Origin: Actinomycetota bacterium
GTDB taxonomy: Bacteria > Actinomycetota > Actinomycetes > Actinomycetales > Dermatophilaceae
Direction: 5' to 3'
Length of the DNA stretch: 37,060 bases
Assembly: GCA_046733835.1 (NCBI GenBank)
Contig: JBKPQA010000111.1
Location: 1-37,060 of the forward strand
Under the pieces are notes generated by a model, which did not search any database, had not been told where the DNA came from, and was given only the letters and a program-made list of their open reading frames with translations. This document shows positions 8,231-19,029 of the stretch, piece after piece. The first letter of the stretch is position 1; each line of letters starts with the position of its first letter. The translations under genes were made by a program, and so were the position numbers.

Positions 8231-10570
8231 TCAGCGGCCGGTCAGCGCCTGCCGAAGCAGGTGGATGAGGGCGTCCAGCTGAACCGAGTCACCGGAGCCG
8301 ATCTCCTCGTCGCTGCCGTCGAGCGCTCGCGCCGCCAGGCCCTGCTTGCTGTCGATGAGCTCGGCGATCTTGCTGTCGATGGTCTGCGCCGCGAGGATCC
8401 GCCACGCCGTCACTGGCTCGTCCTGACCGATCCGGTGGACCCGGTCGATGGCCTGCTGCTGCTCAGCGGCGGTCCAGGACAGCTCACCGAGGACCACGTT
8501 GGACGCGGCGTGCAGGTTGAGGCCGACCCCGGCGGCGAGGAGCGAGCAGACCGCGACCGACACGTTCGGGTCCTTCTGGAACGCATCGATGGCTTGCTGC
8601 CGCTGAGCGCCGGTCTGGTCGCCCCGGATGGACACGGTCTGGAGCTCGGCCTCGGCGAGGATCCGCTCGGCGGTGTCCATGACGTCGATGTGCTTGGCGA
8701 AGAACACGACCTTGCCGACCGAGCGGGCCAGCTGGGCGGTGTAGTCCGCAGCCAACGGGGCCTTGGCCTGGCCGATCCGGCGCACCATGGTGAACACGTT
8801 CTCGCCCCCACCGCCGCTGGACTTCGACGACTCGAGCTCCTGCAGGCATACCCGCCGCATGAGCTCCTCGTCGACCTCGACCGAAGCCGCCGCCGAGACC
8901 GCCAGCAGGCCGCCCTGGCTGTCGCCCTGCTCCGCCTCGCGGGCCGCGAGCAGCCGCCGGTAGCTGGCCAGCAGGCGCTGGCCCAGTTCGCGCTCGGAGG
9001 CCCGAATCGACCGGGCGGCCTCTTCGTCGAGCTCGACCGGGATGTCGGCGATGCGCTTGTCCGGCAGGTCCTTGGCCACGTCCACCTTGCGGCGGCGCAC
9101 GATGCCCATGTCGATGACGGCCGATCGCGCCTCCGGGTAGAAGCCCCGGTCGGCCGGGGTCAGGCCGTTCGCCTCGAGCTTGCGCATCAGCTTGGGCGCG
9201 GGCTGGTCGCCCTTGACCCAGCCGAGGAACCGCCAGATCGCGTTGAAGTCCTCGACGTCGTTGATGAGTGGGGTACCGGTGAGCGCCAGCAGCAACGGAT
9301 CTCCGCCGGGCGTGTTGTCGCGGATCTGCTGGGACAGGGCCAGCACGTGCTGCGAGCGCTGCGAGGTCAGGTTCTTGATGAAGTGCGCCTCGTCGACCAC
9401 CATCGACCGGAATCCAAAGGTGGACAGCCAGGACAGGTGCCGGTCCAGCACGGTGTAGTTCACGACGAAGATGTCCGCGAACGCGTCGACGTCCACGCCG
9501 TCCCCGTGGATCACGGTCACCCGCCGGTGGGGCGTCCACCGCTCGACCTCGCGGGCCCAGTTGATCTTCACCACATTGGGGACGACCGCAAGCATCGGGT
9601 ATGCGTTGGCCACCGACGCGGCGATGACCGACTGCGCGGTCTTGCCGAGACCCGGCTCGTCGGCGAGCAGGAAGGTCCGGTGGCCCTGGCGGACCGCCTC
9701 GATCATCCGGATCTGGTGGGGCATGAGTTCGAGGCCGGGGGGCGAGTACCGGTCGATCGAGGGCAGCGGCGGCAGCTCCATCGACGCCGACCCGCCGCCG
9801 GCGCCCTGCTCGAAGGCGCGGTACAGCGGGTCCATGAGGTCCCACCGGGCCAGCAGCCCCGGCTGGTAGTCCTCGTCGCGCAGGTGGCTCAGATCGGGAG
9901 CCAGGAACGGGTTCGCCCGGACGCGGGCCGGAACCGACGCCGGGACCACCTGCTTCGCGGCCAGCTCGGCGGAGACCGCCGGTGTCCTCGACGGGGCGCT
10001 CGAGGCGGTCACCATCTCCTCCGGAGAGATCTCGGCGCCGGACTCGAGCAGCCACTCCAGGCGCATCCGCTGCGCCGCCGGACCGGGGCTGGCGTTGCCG
10101 TCGAGGAGGCGCAGCAGGCTGGTGTCGTGGGCGGCGGTCTTGGCGAGGATGGTCGCCACGCCGTCCAGGCGCTTGAGCAGCTCCGTCCGCGCGGCCGCGG
10201 TAATCGACGGGTCCGACTTGATGCGGGCCCGCTCCTCCCGAACCAGGAGGGCGATGACCTGGAACTTCGTGCGCTTGGCCGGCCCGACCTTGCCCTCCAT
10301 CGACTTGGCCTCGACCTCGCGGACCCGCCGGGCCAGGATCGGGATGATGGGCGCTGGGTCGTCGCCGGCGCGCTGTCGCCCACCACCCTGGTGGCCGGTG
10401 GAGCCGTTACCCGATCCGTTCCCCGAACCGTTCGAGGAGCCTGCGCCGACGTTTTCGATGCCGGAAGCGTCGGGGCCGGCACCGTTGGTCACGGTGCTCC
10501 TGCTCGAGGGCGCCGCGGCCGACGGCGCTGAGGAGCGACGAGGCGACCGGCGGCGGTCGGTGGTCGGCAT
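8231..10570 (-). CDS. SNF2-family (HARP/SMARCAL1-like) DEAH ATPase/helicase with a long N-terminal extension
   Basis: LLADEPGLGKT, VVDEAH, ALTGTP, AAGVGLNL, QAIDRVHRIGQ; AGGAGG RBS before the ATG at 10570. Confidence 0.9.
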   Translation of the reverse strand: MPTTDRRRSPRRSSAPSAAAPSSRSTVTNGAGPDASGIENVGAGSSNGSGNGSGNGSTGHQGGGRQRAGDDPAPIIPILARRVREVEAKSMEGKVGPAKRTKFQVIALLVREERARIKSDPSITAAARTELLKRLDGVATILAKTAAHDTSLLRLLDGNASPGPAAQRMRLEWLLESGAEISPEEMVTASSAPSRTPAVSAELAAKQVVPASVPARVRANPFLAPDLSHLRDEDYQPGLLARWDLMDPLYRAFEQGAGGGSASMELPPLPSIDRYSPPGLELMPHQIRMIEAVRQGHRTFLLADEPGLGKTAQSVIAASVANAYPMLAVVPNVVKINWAREVERWTPHRRVTVIHGDGVDVDAFADIFVVNYTVLDRHLSWLSTFGFRSMVVDEAHFIKNLTSQRSQHVLALSQQIRDNTPGGDPLLLALTGTPLINDVEDFNAIWRFLGWVKGDQPAPKLMRKLEANGLTPADRGFYPEARSAVIDMGIVRRRKVDVAKDLPDKRIADIPVELDEEAARSIRASERELGQRLLASYRRLLAAREAEQGDSQGGLLAVSAAASVEVDEELMRRVCLQELESSKSSGGGGENVFTMVRRIGQAKAPLAADYTAQLARSVGKVVFFAKHIDVMDTAERILAEAELQTVSIRGDQTGAQRQQAIDAFQKDPNVSVAVCSLLAAGVGLNLHAASNVVLGELSWTAAEQQQAIDRVHRIGQDEPVTAWRILAAQTIDSKIAELIDSKQGLAARALDGSDEEIGSGDSVQLDALIHLLRQALTGR

Positions 10571-10580
10571 GGTCCTCCTG

Positions 10581-10646
10581 CTCGATTGACGCTGTCCGGT
10601 TGATGCTTTCCCGTGAGGCTTCTCGATTGACGCTTGCGTTGAGCTC
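10581..10646 (-). repeat. Five tandem degenerate 11-14-nt repeats (AAGCNTCAAYCGRR) directly upstream of the helicase RBS
   Basis: Minus-strand units GAGCTCAACGC / AAGCGTCAATCGAG / AAGCCTCACGGGA / AAGCATCAACCGGA / CAGCGTCAATCGAG; the 13-mer AGCGTCAATCGAG is exact twice. Confidence 0.75.
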
Positions 10647-10807
10647 GGCTTCACCTGGGTCGCCCGTCGGGGCGAAAGGCTCGCGGCGTCCCCGCTCACA
10701 CGGCCGGACGCCCCGGATCGTCGCTGCGACGGCTTCCGCCGAAGGTGGTGGCGCAGCCGCGGTCAGGTGCCTGCGGAGCGGGATCTGACGAGCTCGTGCG
10801 GCGCGCT

Positions 10808-10848
10808 CGAGTACAGCGTACGACGTCCCGCTGGGTGGCGTGTACTCG
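10808..10848. repeat. Inverted repeat in the divergent helicase/CAP intergenic region
   Basis: CGAGTACA-N25-TGTACTCG, 8-bp perfect arms. Confidence 0.45.
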
Positions 10849-10913
10849 GCACCCGTGACCGAATAGTGTCCGGAACACGATGATCAGCCCTGATTAGGGT
10901 AGGTTCGTCGGCC

Positions 10914-11660
10914 ATGTCGAGACGGACGGGATCGTTCGCCGCCGGCCTCGGGGCTTTCGTGATGGTTGTCGGCACGCTCGTGGCGTGCCGGAACACCGAT
11001 CCAGGGGCCGCGCCACCCGACCGCGCAACGGTCGCTGCATCCGCTCAGAGCGCGGCCACGCCATCAGCGCCGCTCGCATCGACGCCGTCCACCGAGCCGG
11101 CACCGACGAGCACGACGGCAGCCACGCCAGCCCCCGCCACGTCGACGACGACGCCCTCCACACGACGGACGGCGACGTCGACGCCCACCCCGGCCTCGAC
11201 CGCGACGACAACGCCGCGCTCGACGCCCCGGCCCAGCTCCACGTCCGCCGCGACTCCGTCGACGACGCCCAGCCCGCCGCCCTCGACCACGGGCACCGAC
11301 ACCTACGAGGGCCAGATCCTCGCGCTCGTCAACGCCGAGCGGGCCGCCGCCGGCCTACCGGCGCTGGCGGCGCAGGCGTGCCCGGACCAGTTCGCGGAGC
11401 CGTGGTCGCCGCACATGGCCGCGGAGGGCGGCCTGTCACACCAGTCGCTGAGTCCGGTCCTCAGCCAGTGCGGCGCCCGCGCCGCCGCTGAGAACGTCGG
11501 GATGAACAGCTCGTCGTCTCCGGCGTCGATGGTCGCGGCCTTCATGAACTCGGCGGGGCATCGCGCCAACATCCTGGGCGCGTCCTACACCGGGATCGGC
11601 ATCGGCGCCTACCGCGACGCCCGCGGCGTCTGGTGGGTCACCCAGGACTTCGTGGGCTGA
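10914..11660 (+). CDS. CAP/SCP domain lipoprotein with Thr/Pro/Ser-rich linker
   Basis: Signal peptide with lipobox LVAC, long T/P/S linker, then ILALVNAERAAAGL, AENVG, MNSAGHRANIL, GIG, WVTQDF. Confidence 0.9.
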   Translation: MSRRTGSFAAGLGAFVMVVGTLVACRNTDPGAAPPDRATVAASAQSAATPSAPLASTPSTEPAPTSTTAATPAPATSTTTPSTRRTATSTPTPASTATTTPRSTPRPSSTSAATPSTTPSPPPSTTGTDTYEGQILALVNAERAAAGLPALAAQACPDQFAEPWSPHMAAEGGLSHQSLSPVLSQCGARAAAENVGMNSSSSPASMVAAFMNSAGHRANILGASYTGIGIGAYRDARGVWWVTQDFVG

Positions 11661-11692
11661 CCCGCATACCGCGCGCTTCTCGGGCTGCTCGA

Positions 11693-11740
11693 GTATGCGA
11701 AAAGGGCCACCTTCGCGAGGAAGGCGGCCCTTTCGCATAC
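11693..11740. terminator. Bidirectional intrinsic terminator between the CAP gene and clpC
   Basis: GTATGCGAAAAGGGCCACCTTC-GCGAG-GAAGGCGGCCCTTTCGCATAC, a stem of about 21 bp between convergent genes. Confidence 0.8.
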
Positions 11741-11755
11741 CGCGAGTGCCGTCGG

Positions 11756-14338
<2,583 letters not shown>

Positions 14339-14468
14339 CGCCAAAGCTCCCTACCTTTGTCGGCCTCTCGCATGGTGCCGATCCGTCTCTCGAGACATCT
14401 CGATGGTATGCGAGTCGCCTGTCAGTGCCCCCCGACATCCGCCTGCCGGTCCGAGGTAGCGATGTGAG

Positions 14469-14495
14469 CAACGCCCCGGTATGCGAACCTGTTCC
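14469..14495 (-). promoter_or_regulatory. SigH/SigE (sigmaR-type) stress promoter of clpC
   Basis: Minus strand GGAAC-N17-CGTTG, matching the known GGAAY-N17/18-(C)GTT consensus. Confidence 0.7.
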
Positions 14496-14552
14496 CGCCG
14501 TTGAGCCGACTCGGCTCACGTTCGCCCTCGGCGAAACGGGGCCACCCGAGGC

Positions 14553-15062
14553 TCAGCCGGGCGGCTTCGGGCGCAGGACGAAGTACCCCAGGTCACGGCT
14601 GCTGGCCCGGTGCTCGTAGACGACGTAGCCCGGATAGATGCGCAGCGCCGCCTCACGCACCGCGTCCCTTTCGGGGCCGTGTACCTGCCGCGCCAGGACC
14701 TCCACGCGCTGGCCTTCGACGTCCAGGACGGCGTCCGGGTTGGCCCGGAGGTTGTGGTACCAGCCGGGATGGTGTTGCCGGCCGAAGCTGGAGCCGACCA
14801 GACCCCATCCGCCCGGAATGGGAACGGCGAGAACGGGGACGGTCCGGCGGCGGCCGGTCCGAGCACCCCTCGTCGTGAGCATCGCCGTGGGGATCCCGAC
14901 AACCGACCCCGCCGCGGTGGTGCGGCCGCCGGAGATCCGGTACATCGCGCCGTCGAGGTGGTGGAGCGTCCGGGCCAGAACCCAGGATCCCGGAGCTGTC
15001 GTTCCGAAGCGCCGCAGCACGCGCTGCAGGCCGCTGGCCTCCTCGTAGCCGCGCACCGCCAT
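14553..15062 (-). CDS. F420H2-dependent nitroreductase/quinone reductase (Ddn family)
   Basis: LTTRGARTGRRRTVP, SSFG...HPGWYHNLRANP, YPGY..YE.R; ATG 7 nt after TAGCGT. Confidence 0.88.
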   Translation of the reverse strand: MAVRGYEEASGLQRVLRRFGTTAPGSWVLARTLHHLDGAMYRISGGRTTAAGSVVGIPTAMLTTRGARTGRRRTVPVLAVPIPGGWGLVGSSFGRQHHPGWYHNLRANPDAVLDVEGQRVEVLARQVHGPERDAVREAALRIYPGYVVYEHRASSRDLGYFVLRPKPPG

Positions 15063-15108
15063 GTTCTTGACGCTAGGCCTGCGCCGGTCGGCGTGGCCCT
15101 CCGGTGTG

Positions 15109-15200
15109 CCGTCGGACAGGCAGAAGCAGCATTCGTGGCGCGACACGCCGGTAGAACGGCCGCGGACGCCGGACGGGCGCGAGCACTGCCTGTCCGACGG
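15109..15200. repeat. 15-bp perfect inverted repeat with a 62-nt spacer
   Basis: CCGTCGGACAGGCAG (15109-15123) / CTGCCTGTCCGACGG (15186-15200). Confidence 0.85.
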
Positions 15201-15212
15201 GCGCACTCGGTC

Positions 15213-15282
15213 CCGATCGACAGGCACGAAGGCCGACATGGCGCACATCACCCCCGAATGGGGGATTGGTGCCTGTCGATCG
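15213..15282. repeat. Second, related 15-bp perfect inverted repeat with a 40-nt spacer
   Basis: CCGATCGACAGGCAC (15213-15227) / GTGCCTGTCGATCGG (15268-15282); shares the GACAGGCA core with the adjacent element. Confidence 0.85.
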
Positions 15283-15345
15283 GTACCCAGGGACGCCGAA
15301 GGGCCGGCACGGACCTCCGATCGGGCGACACCTCGTTGCTCCAGG

Positions 15346-16356
15346 TCAACGGCGGCGCTGGCAGCGGCCGCACCAGAAGAGGTTCCGGCCGGCCACGACC
15401 TGGGTGCGCACCCGCGACCCGCACACCGGGCACGGCTCTCCGGCCCGCCGGTAGACGTGGAAGCGCCGCGGGAAACCGCCGGCGTTCGATCCGGCCACGC
15501 CGCCACCCATCTCCTCGAGATCGGCGTCCTCGAGATCTGAGTCCCGCACCGCGTCCTCGATGACCCCTGACTCGGCGGCGACCTCCGCAACCTGCGCAAC
15601 CACGCCCGCGGGTCCCCGACCGGGCCAGCGCGCCGAGTCGGTCCAGGTCGACGTCAGCACGGGCACCTGGCCGGCCGCCACCAGCCGTTCCGCCTCCTCG
15701 ACCTGGTCCTCCATGGTCAGAATCTGGTTGAACGCCACCCCGAGCGGCATCAACCGCACCAGGTCGTCCCAGATCGCCTGCCATGTCTGTCTCCGGATCT
15801 CACGCCCGGGGCGGAACGGGCTGACTCGGTGCCGGAAGAGGACCTCGCACCGGTAGACGTTGCCGACCCCTGCCACCGCCGTCTGGTCCATCAGCAGCTC
15901 GGCCACGGTCCGCCCGGAGCGGGAGACCTTCGCCCAGGCGCGCTCCGGGTCCGCGTCAGGACGGAGCGGGTCCGGGCCGAGCCGCGCAACGGTCGCCGCC
16001 GCCTCGTCCGGCGTCACGACCTGGCAGATGATCGCGCCCCGCAGGTCGGCGAGGTAGTCCTGGTTGACCATCCGCAACCGCACCGCACCCCACGGAGGCG
16101 GCACCGACGTATACCCGGTGATCCGGTCGACCGAGAACTTGCCGATGAGCCCCAGGTGGACGTTGAGCCACGCCTCGCCGCCGAACTCGACGAACAAGTG
16201 CTTGCCGTATGCCGTCGCCTCCAGCACGTCGCGGCCGTCGAGCAGGGCGGCACCCTCGGCGAACGGCCCCTGCGGCGACGAGACGGCCGGTGTCGTGCCC
16301 GCGAAGGCAGCGTCGAGCGACTGCGCCAACCGGTGCAGCGTGTGGCCTTCAGGCAC
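15346..16356 (-). CDS. nei: Fpg/Nei family DNA glycosylase/AP lyase (endonuclease VIII-like)
   Basis: Catalytic N-terminus MPEGH, GKHLF, HLGL.G, H2TH LMDQ..VAGVGNVY, C-terminal zinc finger CPVC...CGRCQ. Confidence 0.93.
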   Translation of the reverse strand: MPEGHTLHRLAQSLDAAFAGTTPAVSSPQGPFAEGAALLDGRDVLEATAYGKHLFVEFGGEAWLNVHLGLIGKFSVDRITGYTSVPPPWGAVRLRMVNQDYLADLRGAIICQVVTPDEAAATVARLGPDPLRPDADPERAWAKVSRSGRTVAELLMDQTAVAGVGNVYRCEVLFRHRVSPFRPGREIRRQTWQAIWDDLVRLMPLGVAFNQILTMEDQVEEAERLVAAGQVPVLTSTWTDSARWPGRGPAGVVAQVAEVAAESGVIEDAVRDSDLEDADLEEMGGGVAGSNAGGFPRRFHVYRRAGEPCPVCGSRVRTQVVAGRNLFWCGRCQRRR

Positions 16357-17322
16357 TCAGCTGGCCTTCTTCTTGGCCGTCTTCGTCGTCTTCGCAGCCG
16401 TCTTCGCGGTCGTCTTGGCGGTCGTCTTCTTGGCTGTCGTCTTGGCCGCGGTCTTCTTCGCCGGCGCACTCTTGGTGGTGGCCTTCTTGGCGGGCGCGCT
16501 CTTCTTCTCCGCCGGCGCGGCCGTCTTCTCCGTGGCGGGCTCGCCGCGCGACGCCTTGGCCCGGTCGACCGACCGCTGCAGCGCCTCGAGCAGGTCCACG
16601 ACCTCCCCGGTGTCCTTGGGCTCCGGGGCGTGCTTCACCTCGCCGCCGGAGAGCTTCGTCTCCACCATCTCTTGCACGGCCTCGGCGTAGTCGTCCTGGA
16701 ACTCGTCGGGATCCCAGTCGCCAGAGAGCGAGTCGACCAGCATCGTGGCCATCGATAGCTCGCGCTCCGTGGCGCTGCCCACGTCGCCGAGGTTGGCGAA
16801 GTCGGCCGACCGGATCTCGTCGGCCCAGATCATCGTCTGCAGGACGATGATCCCGTCGCGGACACGGAGCACCGCCATGTTCTTGCGGTTGCGAATCGCG
16901 ACTGCTACCAAGGCCATTCGATCGGAAGCCTCGAGCGCGTCACGCAGCAACGCATACGCCTTGGCGGCGCCTTTCTCCGGCTCGAGGTAGTAGGACCGGT
17001 CCAACAGCATCGGGTCGATCTGGTCGGCCGGGACGAACTTCTCGACCGCGATCTCCTTGCTCGACTGGTTCGGCAGGTTCTTCAGGTCGTCGTCAGTGAT
17101 GACGACCATCTCGCCGTCCTCGGTCTCGTAGCCCTTGGCGATGTCGTCGTACGACACCTCTTCACCGTCGATCGAGCAGACCCGCTTGTAGTGGATCCGG
17201 CCGCCGTCCTCCCGGTGCACCTGGCGGAACGAGATGTCGTGGTCCTCCGTCGCCGCGTAGAGCTTGACGGGCACGTTGACCAGCCCGAAGGAGACGGCAC
17301 CCTTCCACATCGCGCGAGGCAT
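16357..17322 (-). CDS. ku: Non-homologous end-joining protein Ku
   Basis: MPRAMWKGAVSFGLVNVPVKLY, KGYE, YYLEP, AYALLRDAL, VVDLLEALQRSV, and a Lys/Ala/Thr-rich basic tail. Confidence 0.96.
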   Translation of the reverse strand: MPRAMWKGAVSFGLVNVPVKLYAATEDHDISFRQVHREDGGRIHYKRVCSIDGEEVSYDDIAKGYETEDGEMVVITDDDLKNLPNQSSKEIAVEKFVPADQIDPMLLDRSYYLEPEKGAAKAYALLRDALEASDRMALVAVAIRNRKNMAVLRVRDGIIVLQTMIWADEIRSADFANLGDVGSATERELSMATMLVDSLSGDWDPDEFQDDYAEAVQEMVETKLSGGEVKHAPEPKDTGEVVDLLEALQRSVDRAKASRGEPATEKTAAPAEKKSAPAKKATTKSAPAKKTAAKTTAKKTTAKTTAKTAAKTTKTAKKKAS

Positions 17323-17373
17323 TCTCATACTCTCCCAGACGGGTGCCACAGACGCAGCAATCCGGCTCTCCGG

Positions 17374-18624
17374 TCACTTCTCCAACGCGGACAACCGTCC
17401 TTGGAGGTATGCCCGTTCCGCCGGGTTCGCGGTCAGCTCAAGGGCCAGCCGGTATGCGTCAGCCGCCTCGACGTCGCGGCCTACCCGCCGCAGCAGGTCG
17501 GCTCTAGCGGCGTGGTACGGGTGATAGCTCACCAGCCCGTCCACGGCCTCCAACGCGGCCAGACCCGCCGCCGGGCCGTCCCGCTCGGCGACGGCGACGG
17601 AGCGGTTGAGGGCGACGACCGGAGTGGGCGTCAGCGCATACAACTGGTCGTAAAGCGCGACGATCTGTCCCCAGTCGGTCTCCTCCGCGCGGGCGGCGTC
17701 GGTGTGAACGGCGTTGATGGCGGCCTGGATCTGGTACGGACCGGGCCGGCCGCGCCGCAGGCACGCGCGGACCAGGCGGTGGCCCTCGGCGACCAGGCTC
17801 GCGTCCCAGCGCGACCGGTCCTGATCCGGCAGCGTCACCAGCACACCCTCGATGAAGCGGGCCGGCCGCCGCGCCTCGGTGAGGGCCATCAGGGCGAGCA
17901 GGCCGAGCACCTCCGGCTCGTCCGGCATGAGCATCGCGAGGACGCGGGTGAGGCGGATCGCCTCGGCGGACAGGTCGGTCCGGACGGCGGCGTCGGGAGA
18001 CGACGGCAAGTACCCCTCGTTGAATACCAGGTACAGGGTCGCCAGAACGCCGGCCAGTCGGGACGGCAGCTCGTGGTCCGGTGGCACCCGGTAGGGGATG
18101 TGTGCGGCCTTGATCTTGGCCTTGGAACGAGTCAGCCGCTTGGCCATCGCCGCCTCGTCGACGAGGAATGCGCGTGCGATCTCTGCCGTCGTGAGCCCGC
18201 CGAGCAGGCGGAGAGTGAGCGCCACCTGGGCGTCCCGCGCGAGTGCTGGGTGGCAGCAGGTGAAGATCAACCGAAGCCGCTCGTCCGGGACCGAGCTCAC
18301 GCTGCCCGGGTCGACGTCGTCGCCGTCGTCGGTCAACATGGCAGCCTGCGCATGACGCGCATCGCGGGTGGACTCCCGGCGGAGTCGGTCAATGGCCCGG
18401 TTGCGGGCCGTCGTCGTGAGCCACGCTCCAGGGTTAGGAGGCCGGCCCGACTCGGGCCAGCGTCGCATCGCCTCGACGAACGCCTCCTGGGCGACGTCCT
18501 CCGCGAGCTCGATGTCGCCGAACCGCCGCACCAGGGCGGCGACGACCCGGCCGTACTCCTCGCGGAACACCCGTTCCACCAGCAGTGCGGAGTCGGCGCC
18601 ACGCGACCGCTCCTCGGAGAACAC
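17374..18624 (-). CDS. ECF42-type RNA polymerase sigma factor with DUF6596/TPR C-terminal extension
   Basis: sigma2 LAEDVAQEAF/AWLTTTARNRAIDRLRR, LIFTCCHPAL, LYLVFNEGY, GPYQIQAAI, DWGQIVALY; downstream of a YciI/DGPF gene. Start uncertain (18624 or 18579). Confidence 0.9.
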   Translation of the reverse strand: MFSEERSRGADSALLVERVFREEYGRVVAALVRRFGDIELAEDVAQEAFVEAMRRWPESGRPPNPGAWLTTTARNRAIDRLRRESTRDARHAQAAMLTDDGDDVDPGSVSSVPDERLRLIFTCCHPALARDAQVALTLRLLGGLTTAEIARAFLVDEAAMAKRLTRSKAKIKAAHIPYRVPPDHELPSRLAGVLATLYLVFNEGYLPSSPDAAVRTDLSAEAIRLTRVLAMLMPDEPEVLGLLALMALTEARRPARFIEGVLVTLPDQDRSRWDASLVAEGHRLVRACLRRGRPGPYQIQAAINAVHTDAARAEETDWGQIVALYDQLYALTPTPVVALNRSVAVAERDGPAAGLAALEAVDGLVSYHPYHAARADLLRRVGRDVEAADAYRLALELTANPAERAYLQGRLSALEK

Positions 18625-18635
18625 GACGCGACGGG

Positions 18636-18986
18636 TCAGACGTCGTCCTGGAACGGGCGCACTTCCACCTTGCCGCGGCAGGCAGCCGAACCGCGCCGGG
18701 CCAGGTCGATGGCGGCGTCGAGATCCGCCGCCTCGACCACCCAGAACCCGCCCATCTGCTCCTTGGACTCCGCGAACGGGCCGTCGGTCGTCACGGCCTC
18801 GCCGCCGCGCCCGTCGACGACGGTGGCGGTGTCCGCGGGGTGCAGCCCGCCGGCGAAGACCCAGGCACCTTCCTGCCGCACCTCCTCGTTGAACCGTCCG
18901 ACCGCGTCGAACATCTCCTGCATCTCGTCCTCTGGCGGAGGCGCCTCGCCCTCGGTGCTCCATACCGACAGCAGGTACTTGGGCAT
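18636..18986 (-). CDS. YciI/DGPF family protein
   Basis: MPKYLL, TDGPFAESKE, GGFW, VEVRP; AGGAG RBS. Confidence 0.92.
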   Translation of the reverse strand: MPKYLLSVWSTEGEAPPPEDEMQEMFDAVGRFNEEVRQEGAWVFAGGLHPADTATVVDGRGGEAVTTDGPFAESKEQMGGFWVVEAADLDAAIDLARRGSAACRGKVEVRPFQDDV

Positions 18987-19029
18987 GTCTTTCTCCTTCT
19001 TGAATATCTAACGCCTGATGGGAACTCTC

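Noticed and set aside
8117-10531. 804-aa + strand ORF, and similar long ORFs at 12167-13828, 17191-19011, 24775-26565, 34548-35987 and 18791-20824
   Set aside because: Antisense or off-frame shadows of well-supported genes, expected at high GC; no recognisable motifs.
10581-10646. Tandem repeats as a mini-CRISPR
   Set aside because: Units are about 14 nt, contiguous, without spacers, and there are no cas genes.
14367-14414. CTCGCAT...ATGCGAG stem in the clpC leader as an RNA thermometer
   Set aside because: Only 7 bp are well paired and the stem does not cover the SD.
16360-16530. Repetitive DNA at the ku 3' end; also repeats in the CAP linker, helicase N-terminus and FtsH tail
   Set aside because: They encode ordinary low-complexity protein segments (KTAAK, T/P/S, GSGN, NGY).
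17329-17350. TGTGGC-N10-GAGAGT upstream of ku as a PafBC (RecA-NDp) promoter
   Set aside because: Spacing fits TGTCGG-N10-TANNNT but both boxes mismatch; too weak to call.
17374-18963. 529-aa sigma factor ORF suggesting a YciI-sigma fusion or frameshift
   Set aside because: The extension is an alternative frame of yciI, which has its own stop at 18636-18638.
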